NCBI GenBank assembly: GCA_965140415.1
Contig: OZ223209.1
Span: 2,247,928-2,311,927 of the forward strand
DNA: 64,000 bases
Direction: 5' to 3'
DNA from: Myxococcota bacterium
GTDB taxonomy: Bacteria; Myxococcota_A; SURF-8
Positions 48,461 through 57,386 of the stretch are shown piece after piece. The stretch's first letter is position 1. Each line of letters starts with the position of its first letter. The translations under genes and the position numbers were made by a program. The notes under the pieces are model-generated. The model saw only the letters and a program-made list of their open reading frames with translations. It had not been told where the DNA came from and searched no databases.

Positions 48461-49882
48461 TCAATACGGTCCAAGCAGTAAGAATTCCTTTTCCACGTTA
48501 AAGCCGCTTCCCGAGGAAATCCGGAAGCGTCCCACTGTTTTTCCATTTGTAAAGCTCTTGCGATCCAGCTTGACCACCAGATTTACCGTGTCGATCTCGT
48601 CTCCCTTGACGGTAAAGGGATTGATGCTGACGATCAGTGCTCCGTTTGTTGGTTCGAGCAGTTCTATCGAGAATGTTTGGTCGGTGTGCAGGTTGTTGTT
48701 CAATCTCACTCGTAACTGGTTGGCGATCAAGCCATCGGGCAATTGGCGAAATGCCTCGCGCCCGGTTCGAAGAATTTCCGCACTTGCGGGTGCACGGAAC
48801 ACGAGCAGATAACCTAGCGCTCCGGCGATAATCAACAGGATGCCGAAATACACGAACAGACGCGACCTGAGCCAGTTTGTTTGTGATCCCGACAGATTGC
48901 GAAGGGAGGTATAGCGAATCAATCCGGTCGGTCGTTGCAGTCTTGTCATGACGTCCGTGCAGGCGTCGATGCATTGGGCACAGCCGATACACTCCATTTG
49001 AAGTCCGCGCCGAATGTCGATGCCGGTGGGACAGGTGCTTACGCAGCGGCGGCAGTCGATGCAATCGCCCTGACCTTGCGGAGCGGGGCCTTTTCCCGAT
49101 TTGCCGCGCGGTTCACCGCGTGTTTTATCATAACCGACGATCAGCGTGTCTTGGTCGTAAAGCACCGTCTGCAAGCGACCATAAGGGCAGGCAATGGTGC
49201 ACATCTGCTCGCGAAAAACCGTGAAATCGAAGGTGATCAGCGCCGTAGTTGCCATTACCGCGAAGAAAACGCCATAATGTCGTCCCGGTGACGTGCCGAC
49301 ATAGGTCATCAGCGTGTCCCAGCCGATGAAATAGGCGACGAAGGTATGGGCCAAGATCGTGGCAATTACAGCATAAACGGTAAGTTTACCCGCTTTTCGC
49401 AATAGTCGCTGCAAGGTCCAGGGACCGTGATCCCGTCGTTTGCGAACGTGAGGCGGACCTTCGAACAGGCTTTCGATGGGTCGAAATATAAATTCGAGAT
49501 AAATCGGCTGGGGACAGAGATAGCCGCACCAGATGCGTCCGAATAAGGCCGTGAAGAAGAAAACGCCGATCACCACTCCGACTCCGAAAACCATGAGCAG
49601 CAGGGTTTCCGTCGCTTGCAGTGTGATGCCTAAGATGGTGAATTGCCGGTGGACCAGATCGAAAAAGATCATGGGTTTCCCGGCGATCTCGATGTGGGGG
49701 GCGGATAGGAACAGGAGAATCAGCGCGAATCCGACTCTGCGGCGCAGTCTCCAGTAAAAACCACGCGAAACGACCGGCTCGATCCAACGCCGCCGCCCAT
49801 CCAACTGGATGGTTGCCAGGATTTCCTCCTGCGGTGCGGGCTTGAATGGGCGTTGTGAATCGGGCTTGGTCATCTTGTCCAA
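48461..49882 (-). CDS. ccoG: cbb3 oxidase accessory protein CcoG/FixG (membrane 4Fe-4S ferredoxin / cupric reductase).
   Basis: 473 aa, TM helices, two ferredoxin-type motifs (CPYGRL…, CIDCRRCVSTCP / CIGCAQCIDAC). Confidence 0.85.
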   Translation of the reverse strand: MDKMTKPDSQRPFKPAPQEEILATIQLDGRRRWIEPVVSRGFYWRLRRRVGFALILLFLSAPHIEIAGKPMIFFDLVHRQFTILGITLQATETLLLMVFGVGVVIGVFFFTALFGRIWCGYLCPQPIYLEFIFRPIESLFEGPPHVRKRRDHGPWTLQRLLRKAGKLTVYAVIATILAHTFVAYFIGWDTLMTYVGTSPGRHYGVFFAVMATTALITFDFTVFREQMCTIACPYGRLQTVLYDQDTLIVGYDKTRGEPRGKSGKGPAPQGQGDCIDCRRCVSTCPTGIDIRRGLQMECIGCAQCIDACTDVMTRLQRPTGLIRYTSLRNLSGSQTNWLRSRLFVYFGILLIIAGALGYLLVFRAPASAEILRTGREAFRQLPDGLIANQLRVRLNNNLHTDQTFSIELLEPTNGALIVSINPFTVKGDEIDTVNLVVKLDRKSFTNGKTVGRFRISSGSGFNVEKEFLLLGPY

Positions 49883-49908
49883 TCGTTTCGAATGTGTCTA
49901 ATGGTGTT

Positions 49909-50517
49909 CTATGGTGCCGCCGAGGGCATCGCCGAACTCGGTAAGGCTTCCAGTTGCACCGGATCGCCTTCGGCTGGTTTGGGATTGGCCGGATTGCTGC
50001 CGGCCAGACTGCGCACGTATGCCGCCAATGCTTTCAGATCATCTGGGCTGAATGCCCGTCCCCATGCGGGCATCCCTTTCGCGGGAACGCCTTTAACGAT
50101 CGTTGTGAAAATATCCACGGTATTTTTTACGTTGATCCAGCGATTATCGGCTAGGTTTGGACCAATCAAGCCTTCACCATGTTCGCCGTGGCATGGCGCA
50201 CAGGTTTTAACGAATTGCAGCTTGCCGGTATTCAGAACTGTTGGATCGACCGCTCCAGCCAGCAGTATTTCCGTAGTAGGCGGTTGGATGGGATTGGCAA
50301 CGTAGTAATCTTGAATCGCCTGCCGGTCGCCGATCTCATCCGAACGAAGCTCGGAGCGGTAACCTTCTCCGAACCCTAGAGCGTAATACATCAGGTACAC
50401 GATGGAAAAAACGATGGCGACGTAGAACGTCCACAGCCACCAACCGGGCATGGGGTTGTCGTATTCCTGGATGCCATCGACAGAGTGATCCAATACTTTA
50501 TCTTCATATTTCGCCAT
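49909..50517 (-). CDS. ccoP: cbb3-type cytochrome c oxidase subunit CcoP, monoheme form.
   Basis: N-terminal FixP_N-like motif (DGIQEYDNPMPGWWLW), one TM, and a single CAPCH heme motif (canonical CcoP is diheme). Confidence 0.78.
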   Translation of the reverse strand: MAKYEDKVLDHSVDGIQEYDNPMPGWWLWTFYVAIVFSIVYLMYYALGFGEGYRSELRSDEIGDRQAIQDYYVANPIQPPTTEILLAGAVDPTVLNTGKLQFVKTCAPCHGEHGEGLIGPNLADNRWINVKNTVDIFTTIVKGVPAKGMPAWGRAFSPDDLKALAAYVRSLAGSNPANPKPAEGDPVQLEALPSSAMPSAAP

Positions 50518-50526
50518 GCGGATGCC

Positions 50527-50730
50527 TCATCTGCTCTTTTGTGAGGGAACCTGATCCGGGGAGTTGGTCGCTATACCATCGGAAAGCGGAATGGCTGCGT
50601 AATGCTTGTATTTTTCTCGATTCCCGAAAATCACGGAGATTGCCAGCACGAGGAAGGACACGAAGAGGATCAGCATTACAGCGATTGCGATGGTTGCGTT
50701 GCCGCTATTTGCCACAAATTCGGAAATCAT
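50527..50730 (-). CDS. ccoQ: Small single-TM cbb3 subunit (CcoQ/FixQ-like).
   Basis: ATG (MISEFVANSG…) overlapping the ccoNO TGA stop as ATGA at 50727-50730. One TM helix, ~67 aa. The longer ORF-track start (50778) lies inside ccoNO and is unlikely. Confidence 0.5.
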   Translation of the reverse strand: MISEFVANSGNATIAIAVMLILFVSFLVLAISVIFGNREKYKHYAAIPLSDGIATNSPDQVPSQKSR

Positions 50731-52973
50731 GGTGTAGCCTCCTTCGCCTGCAAGGTTACAGGCTGCATCGTTCGCCATTTGATGTCCGTGCCCAGTCGTT
50801 GCAGGTAGGCGATCAACGCGATGATTTCCTTGTCTTCCAGATTTTTCGGGCCGCCTTGAGTGATGATTTCTTCTGCAATCAGGCGCGCCTGCTGGTTGGC
50901 GTGATCCTCCGCATTACCGATATCGATATCGGAATAGGGGACTCCGATGGCAGCCAGGGCTTTCAGTTTGGACTTAAGAAGCTCGTGGTTCTGCACGTCG
51001 GCTTGCAAATGTTCGAAAGCAGGCATGACCGATCCAGGCGTGGTGGATGTAGGCATCTCCATATGGCGTACGTGCCAGAGATGCGGATATTTGGCTCCGA
51101 CGCGGTGCAGATCCGGGCCGGTACGTTTCGAGCCCCACTGGAAGGGGTGGTCGTAAATGAATTCTCCTGCTTTGCTGTATTCGCCGTAACGCTCCGTCTC
51201 CGAGCGGAAGGGGCGCACCATCTGAGAATGGCAGTTGTAACAACCCTCCCGAATGTAAATGTCGCGACCTTCCACTTCCAGCGGAGTATACGGATGTACA
51301 CTGGCGATCGGTTTGACGTTGTCGTCATCGGCGAATAGCGGAACCAGTTCCACCAAAGAACCCACCGACAGCGCAAGCAATGTCAGCACCGTGAAAACAA
51401 CCGGCGTGCGCTCTAGTACGCGATGAAAACCATGTCGCAACGCGTCTTGCACCTTGAACAGGGCATGGTCATAGGTGTTGGGTTGCAGTGCGATAGCCGG
51501 TTCCGGTGTCTCCGTCTTTTTGGAGAGCGGGGCGGCCTGCACTTCCGGTTCAACGGCGAAATCCTTGGGCGCTTTGGCGATGGTTCGCAACAGATTGTAG
51601 GCCAGCATGAACATCCCGGTCAGATACAGGATACCGCCGGTCAGCCGCAGCCAGAACATCGGCACAAGAGTTAGCACCGTTTCGATGAAGTCCGGATACA
51701 TCAGGCGGCCATCGGCTTCGAATGCGCGCCACATCAATCCCTGGGTGATGCCTGCTACCCACATGGAAACCTGGTAGAAGATCAGTCCGATGGTGGCAAT
51801 CCAGAAATGCGCGTTGACCATTTTCCGGTTGTGCAGTTCGGTTTTCCAGAGCCGGGGAATCATCCAGTAAATCGCTCCGAAGGTGATCATGCCGTTCCAG
51901 CCCAGTGTCCCCGCATGGACGTGTCCGATGGTCCAGTCGGTGTAATGGGAAAGCGCGTTTACCGCTTTAATGGACAGCATCGGTCCTTCGAATGTGGACA
52001 TTCCGTAGTAGGTCACGCCTACAACCAGGAATTTCAGTACGGGTTCCTCCCGGAGCTTGTCCCAGGCACCACGCAGGGTAAACAGACCGTTGATCATGCC
52101 TCCCCAGCTTGGCGCCCAGAGCATCAGCGAGAACAGCATCCCCAGGGTCGAAGCCCAGTAGGGCAGGGCGGTGTAATGCAGATGATGCGGTCCAGCCCAG
52201 ATGTAGATGAATACCAGGGTCCAGAAATGCATGATCGACAATTTGTAGCTGAACACCGGGCGTTCCGCTGCTTTGGGAAGGTAGTAGTACATCAATCCGA
52301 GAAAGGGAGTCGTCAGTACGAAGGCGACGGCGTTGTGGCCATACCACCACTGCACGAGCGCATCGCGAACACCGGAGTAGGCCGAGTAGCTGTCCAGCCA
52401 GGAATAGGGCATCTGGATGTTGTTGAAGATGTGCAGCAACGCCACGGCCAGAATGCTGGCGATATAAAACCAGATGGCCACGTATAAATGTTGTTCGCGG
52501 CGTTTCATGATCGTGCCGAATACGTTCACGGCAAAGGCCACCCAGACCACGGCAATGGCGATATCCAACAGCCAGGGAAGCTCGGCATATTCACGGGATT
52601 GCGTATGGCCGGTCAAAAGCGCCAAGGCTCCAAGCACGATGATTATCTGCCAACCCCATAAGTGGAAGGCGGAGAGCTTATCGCTGAACATACGGGCTTT
52701 CAACAGGCGCTGGGTCGAATAATAAACGCCTGCAAAAATAATGTTTCCCGCAAATGCGAAGATGACGGCGTTGGTGTGGATGGGGCGTAGCCGTCCGAAC
52801 GTCAAATAGGGGGCCAGATTTAAATCCGGCAAAAAGAGCAGACTTGCGGCAATCACGCCCATGCTCATTCCGACCAGCCCCCAGATGACGGTTGCCAGGA
52901 TGAAGCCTCGCACGGTTTTGTCATCGTAGCGGAACGTTTCCAGTTTTTCACTCATGACAGACCTATTCTTCAT
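50727..52973 (-). CDS. ccoNO: cbb3-type cytochrome c oxidase, fused subunits I+II (CcoN-CcoO).
   Basis: 748 aa. N-terminal 12-TM heme-copper oxidase core (…GHVHAGTLGW…), then a TM, then a CcoO-like monoheme domain (CYNCHSQMVRP). Confidence 0.9.
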   Translation of the reverse strand: MKNRSVMSEKLETFRYDDKTVRGFILATVIWGLVGMSMGVIAASLLFLPDLNLAPYLTFGRLRPIHTNAVIFAFAGNIIFAGVYYSTQRLLKARMFSDKLSAFHLWGWQIIIVLGALALLTGHTQSREYAELPWLLDIAIAVVWVAFAVNVFGTIMKRREQHLYVAIWFYIASILAVALLHIFNNIQMPYSWLDSYSAYSGVRDALVQWWYGHNAVAFVLTTPFLGLMYYYLPKAAERPVFSYKLSIMHFWTLVFIYIWAGPHHLHYTALPYWASTLGMLFSLMLWAPSWGGMINGLFTLRGAWDKLREEPVLKFLVVGVTYYGMSTFEGPMLSIKAVNALSHYTDWTIGHVHAGTLGWNGMITFGAIYWMIPRLWKTELHNRKMVNAHFWIATIGLIFYQVSMWVAGITQGLMWRAFEADGRLMYPDFIETVLTLVPMFWLRLTGGILYLTGMFMLAYNLLRTIAKAPKDFAVEPEVQAAPLSKKTETPEPAIALQPNTYDHALFKVQDALRHGFHRVLERTPVVFTVLTLLALSVGSLVELVPLFADDDNVKPIASVHPYTPLEVEGRDIYIREGCYNCHSQMVRPFRSETERYGEYSKAGEFIYDHPFQWGSKRTGPDLHRVGAKYPHLWHVRHMEMPTSTTPGSVMPAFEHLQADVQNHELLKSKLKALAAIGVPYSDIDIGNAEDHANQQARLIAEEIITQGGPKNLEDKEIIALIAYLQRLGTDIKWRTMQPVTLQAKEATP

Positions 52974-53566
52974 TCGTTTGAAAGAGTGTGTGCTGTTTCA
53001 GATCCCACATTCATCCTGTTTGGATGCGGAAAATAAATTTAACTTCTGTTTCGGCTTTTGTTCGATCCTTTAGAAACCGTGGATAGAAATCCCCAGCCTC
53101 CTTCACAGAAGAACCTCTAGAAATTCTAAGTCTCGATTAACGCTAGAATGTGTCCCTCCCACCACGTTTCGCTTTTGGCAGCAAACAAGCGTGGACAGGT
53201 AATGGCCATTGATCGTAGAAACTTTAAACGCTACAGACGAAATCGGTCAAAGAGGTTTGTCACATGTTGAGAAATATTTCTTCAGGCACGTTATAAGATA
53301 TCGAAATGGCGACACTTATTCCGCTTAACCAATGTTATTTACTATGTTTTGATTATGCCTTTTACAAGAATAACCTGCAACCACATAATTGGATTTATTT
53401 TTAGAAATCCGACATTTATTGGTGGATTGAATGTTAGGGCTGGCTAGCAATGATGGTACTTGGGAAGCTATCTTGGGGAGAGATAGTAAAAGTCCCCACT
53501 GGGAAAACAACGTTCCAATGGGGAAAATGACGTTGGACCGATTGTTACAAACGCTTTGTAGGGCGG

Positions 53567-55171
53567 CTAGGCTTCGAAAATGACTTTTCCACCGATGATG
53601 GTCTTTTGCACTTCAATCTCTTGAATGTGTTCCGCAGCGACTTTAAGTGGATTTTCGCTCAGAACGACCATATCCGCGCGCTTACCTGGAGTAAGGCTGC
53701 CCTTGTGCGCTTCTTCGAATTGAAGGTATGCGGCGCTATTCGTATATAAATCCAAGGCTTGGGAAGCATTGAGCGCCTGTTGGGTTTCAAAGCCTTCGCG
53801 CGTGATGCAGCAGGAGATGGCGTGCAATACGTCGATGAATTCCACCGGAGCGTCGCTTGCCCCGGCCAAAGGTACGCCCGCTTCGACAATGCTTTTAAAC
53901 GGATAGACCCATTTACAGCGTTCGGGACCGATGCGAACGGGGAGCCAGTCCTTTTCCGTATGAACGAACAGCGGTTGGGTGGAAACACACAATCCGAGTG
54001 CTTTCATACGTGTCAGCATCTGTTGATCCAACAGCGAGGCGTGTTCGATGCGATGCCGGTGATTTTTTCGAGGATAGGCGGTCAGCAGTTTTTCATACAA
54101 ATCCAGGCACAGCCGGTTGGCGTCGTCGCCGATGGCATGGATGGCAATCTGCAATCCGGCGCGGTGTGCGAATTCCATGCGTCGGTAAATTTCCTCGGCG
54201 GGTTGCAGCAGGAATCCTTTGGTTTCCGGCTTGTCGGAGAATGGGGCGCTCATCAGTGCGGTGCTGGAACCGAAACTGCCGTCGGCGATGATTTTCAATC
54301 CGCCGACGCGGTGCCCACCGGGAATTTCGGTGTGCAGCGGGCTTTGCATGACGCCTTCGATGGCGGCGAGGTTTTCCGCAAACAAGAACGAATACAGATT
54401 GATCGGGAAGTGCTCCAGCAGCATGCCCATAATCATCGTTTCCAGCGCGCCGGATTCGCCCGTGGGGCCTTCCGTTCCCGTCTGGAAAATCGCACCCATC
54501 GACGTAATGCCCTTCGATGCAATGCGCTGTGACGTAAAACGCGCACCGGCAATCAGTTGATCCGGGGTGGGCAGGGGCAGGGCGTTTTTCAGAAGCGAGG
54601 CCGCCATTTCGCGAAAGGCACCGCTGGGTACGCCATGCTCGTCGCGGTCGATTTCTCCGCCTTCCGGGCAGGGAGTATCTGGGGTGACTCCCGCCGCTTC
54701 GATCGCACGGCTATTGGCGAGCACCATGTGACCGTCGTGTTTCACCAGTAGCAATGGGTAGTCGGGACAGGTAATGTCCAGTTCCTGCCGTGTAGGAAAG
54801 CGCTTGTCGTGCATCTCCTGCTCGTCGAAATCAAGGCCGACCAGCCAGCCATCCTGGGCAAGCAGCTCGATTTGCGGCTGGAGACGCTGCCTGATGTCAT
54901 CGAGACTGTGGACACCGCGCATGTTTACGTTCATGTCGTAGTAGATCATCATGAAGGGATGCGCGTGCGTGTCGATAAATCCGGGCAGCAGGGTTGAGCC
55001 CTTTAGATCGACAGGTTGCGCCGAAGTGCCCAATGCTGTTTGACAAGACGTTTTGCTGCCCCATGCGACAATGCTTCCGTCCCGAATCGCCAAGGCTTCC
55101 GGGTTCGGGTTGGCAGGATCCAACGTACAAATGTCACCGTTATAATAGAGTTGTGCAGATTGTTCTGTCAT
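53567..55171 (-). CDS. Amidohydrolase_3-family metal-dependent hydrolase (D-aminoacylase / N-acyl-D-amino-acid deacylase-like).
   Basis: 534 aa. N-terminal …GFIDTHAHP… metal-binding HxH motif. C-terminal …GASDAPVEFID… typical of amidohydrolase-fold enzymes. Confidence 0.72.
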   Translation of the reverse strand: MTEQSAQLYYNGDICTLDPANPNPEALAIRDGSIVAWGSKTSCQTALGTSAQPVDLKGSTLLPGFIDTHAHPFMMIYYDMNVNMRGVHSLDDIRQRLQPQIELLAQDGWLVGLDFDEQEMHDKRFPTRQELDITCPDYPLLLVKHDGHMVLANSRAIEAAGVTPDTPCPEGGEIDRDEHGVPSGAFREMAASLLKNALPLPTPDQLIAGARFTSQRIASKGITSMGAIFQTGTEGPTGESGALETMIMGMLLEHFPINLYSFLFAENLAAIEGVMQSPLHTEIPGGHRVGGLKIIADGSFGSSTALMSAPFSDKPETKGFLLQPAEEIYRRMEFAHRAGLQIAIHAIGDDANRLCLDLYEKLLTAYPRKNHRHRIEHASLLDQQMLTRMKALGLCVSTQPLFVHTEKDWLPVRIGPERCKWVYPFKSIVEAGVPLAGASDAPVEFIDVLHAISCCITREGFETQQALNASQALDLYTNSAAYLQFEEAHKGSLTPGKRADMVVLSENPLKVAAEHIQEIEVQKTIIGGKVIFEA

Positions 55172-55184
55172 AGCGACTGTTCCT

Positions 55185-56342
55185 TCATGGCTCGATGGGA
55201 ATCAAAGATCCGATGGCCATCATCAAGTAGGCCAACAGAATCAGAACCTGGAATGGAGTGGAGCCGAGTTTGCGTAGTTCGAAGTCGGTGGCTTGTATCG
55301 ACGAGCGCTTACGAGCGCTGCGCAGCATGGGAATGACCAGCACGGCAATCAGCACCGCCGAAAGTCCGCCAGTCAGGCGCATGAAACCGAGAAAATTGGT
55401 TAGTCCGGTTACGGCGATGACCAGGGTCGGGACGGTGGCAATCAGCCAGGCGCGTCGGAAATTCATTTCGATGCGTTCCTGCAAGATTACCGCCAGCGCA
55501 TAACTGAATGCCCAGTAGCTGGTCAGCATGGAAAGAAAGACCACCAGGGAGCCTAGTACCAGGGCCCAGTCCCCGACTGCCGAGCCCCAGCCGCTGATGG
55601 CGATGGGTGTAACCGGGTGAGAAACCAGCCAGGCCATGAGCGTCGTTATGGAAACGAAGGCGAAGTTCAACCCGATTCCTAATGCCACCGCCCAGGGAAC
55701 GAGATGACGACGTTGCTGTAAGCCTTCCACAGCCTGTGGCACCGAAAACCAAGCCCCGAAACTGAACATTGCCATGCCGTAAAACGCCATGGCTTCTCTT
55801 GCCCCACCGTTCAGTAGCGGCAATTCGGTAAAGGGATGATTCCACGAACCGGCTGTCAGCACGATCAGTAAAAGAGCGATTCCGATAATGGCGTATTTCT
55901 CGATGAAGCCAATGGCTTTCAGACCGAAAAACACAACGCCTGCGGCAATGACATAGGACAGTATTTCACCTGCGATCAAGGGGAAGCCTACCAGATCCAA
56001 TAGGATTTCCGCGCAGCCGACAATGTAGCCTGTCAGTTGAACGTAAACGCCTCCCACCAGTAGAAAGAAGAAAATCCAGGTCAACGGCTTCTCGAACTTG
56101 CCGATGAACACATACTGCCGGATCAATTCCACCAATTGAATCGGGCGTTCTTCCTTCAATACGACTTCGGCCAGCATCAGGTGCAGCAGCAGGCTTAGGC
56201 CGAAGGCGATGCACAGGATCATCAACACGGTCATGATTCCGTTTTGTGCAGCTAAATATGGCACTGCCATGATGCCGCCGCCGATGCCCAATCCGGCGAT
56301 CACCGCCGCCGCTTCGAATAATGTCAGTTGTTTTGTCGTCAA
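55185..56342 (-). CDS. Amino-acid permease, Tyr/Trp-transporter (HAAAP)-like family.
   Basis: 385 aa with ~11 TM helices. An N-terminus of the type seen in aromatic/hydroxy amino-acid permeases (…LFEAAAVIAGLGIGGGIMAVPY…). Confidence 0.6.
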   Translation of the reverse strand: MTTKQLTLFEAAAVIAGLGIGGGIMAVPYLAAQNGIMTVLMILCIAFGLSLLLHLMLAEVVLKEERPIQLVELIRQYVFIGKFEKPLTWIFFFLLVGGVYVQLTGYIVGCAEILLDLVGFPLIAGEILSYVIAAGVVFFGLKAIGFIEKYAIIGIALLLIVLTAGSWNHPFTELPLLNGGAREAMAFYGMAMFSFGAWFSVPQAVEGLQQRRHLVPWAVALGIGLNFAFVSITTLMAWLVSHPVTPIAISGWGSAVGDWALVLGSLVVFLSMLTSYWAFSYALAVILQERIEMNFRRAWLIATVPTLVIAVTGLTNFLGFMRLTGGLSAVLIAVLVIPMLRSARKRSSIQATDFELRKLGSTPFQVLILLAYLMMAIGSLIPIEP

Positions 56343-56351
56343 TGCGAGTGT

Positions 56352-57383
56352 TTATCCTTGCGCCATGGTCCGGCAATCCTGCCAGACACGAAGAAAATTC
56401 AAACCGAGAATTTTACGAATGCGTTCTTCCGAATAGCCGTTTTCAAGCATCAGTTGCGTGATACGCGGCATATCGGAGGTGTCGCGCAGGTCAAAGGGCG
56501 TGGGGATGTAGCCGTCGAAGTCGCTACCGATGGAGGCATGATCCTCTCCCACGGTCTGCACGATATGGTCGATGTGACGGAATATCGCTTTCGCTCCAAG
56601 ACGTTTGTTGTTCGTGATGTAGCTGGGAGAAAAGATCACTCCCACCGTGCCGCCTTTATCCGCCAAAGCGCGCAGCATGTCATCGTCGATGTTGCGCCAG
56701 TGCGGCATGGCTCCGGTTACGCCGCCATGCGATACCAGGCAGGGTGATTTGGAAAGCCTTACGGCGTCCAGGAATCCGGGGCGATTGACATGGGCCACAT
56801 CGACGATCACACCCACTCGATTCATCTCCATAATCAGATCACGACCCCAGTCGGTCAACCCGGCTTGAGGATTGGCTTTGAGTCCCTTGGCGCAGGAAGC
56901 GGCTTGATTGGAACTGAAGTGGGTCAGGGTGATGTAGCGAACGCCCAGCTCGTGGGCTTTGACAACATTCTCCAGTTCGCCACCCAGATCGTGTGCGCCT
57001 TCCATGCCAAGGAAACCGCAGCGAATACCCTTCTTTTTCGCTTCCAAAGCCGCTTCCGGTGACTCCGCCTGCACCAGTTCCCCATCGGAGCGTTTGCAGG
57101 CATCATGAAACAACTCGATCTGGCGCAAGGCGCTTGGGAAACAGTTTTTCGGTTTCAGCAGTGGATTGACGACCACCCCGAATGCGATGAAATCGACGCC
57201 GCCCTCTCTCATGCGGGGTAGATCGGTATGCGAAAAGAGCGCTCCTCCCGGTAGCCAGGCGCTATGACGTTTTAAAAAATCATAGCCGAATTGCCGGGCG
57301 ATCAAAAAGGAATCCACGTGCAGATCCGCCACAAACGCATCTTCGTGCAGCAGGCGGGCTTCTTTTGAAACTTCAACAGTCAT
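56352..57383 (-). CDS. Membrane dipeptidase, peptidase family M19 (renal dipeptidase-like).
   Basis: 343 aa. N-terminal …FVADLHVDSF… and conserved M19 His/Asp/Glu metal ligands (…VGIGSDFDG…). Confidence 0.85.
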   Translation of the reverse strand: MTVEVSKEARLLHEDAFVADLHVDSFLIARQFGYDFLKRHSAWLPGGALFSHTDLPRMREGGVDFIAFGVVVNPLLKPKNCFPSALRQIELFHDACKRSDGELVQAESPEAALEAKKKGIRCGFLGMEGAHDLGGELENVVKAHELGVRYITLTHFSSNQAASCAKGLKANPQAGLTDWGRDLIMEMNRVGVIVDVAHVNRPGFLDAVRLSKSPCLVSHGGVTGAMPHWRNIDDDMLRALADKGGTVGVIFSPSYITNNKRLGAKAIFRHIDHIVQTVGEDHASIGSDFDGYIPTPFDLRDTSDMPRITQLMLENGYSEERIRKILGLNFLRVWQDCRTMAQG

Positions 57384-57386
57384 CGC

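Noticed and set aside
53325-53510. 61-aa ORF in the long intergenic region upstream of ccoNO.
   Set aside because: Its composition and Lys/Asn-rich character reflect the AT-rich DNA. There is no ribosome-binding site or conservation signal. More likely non-coding regulatory DNA.
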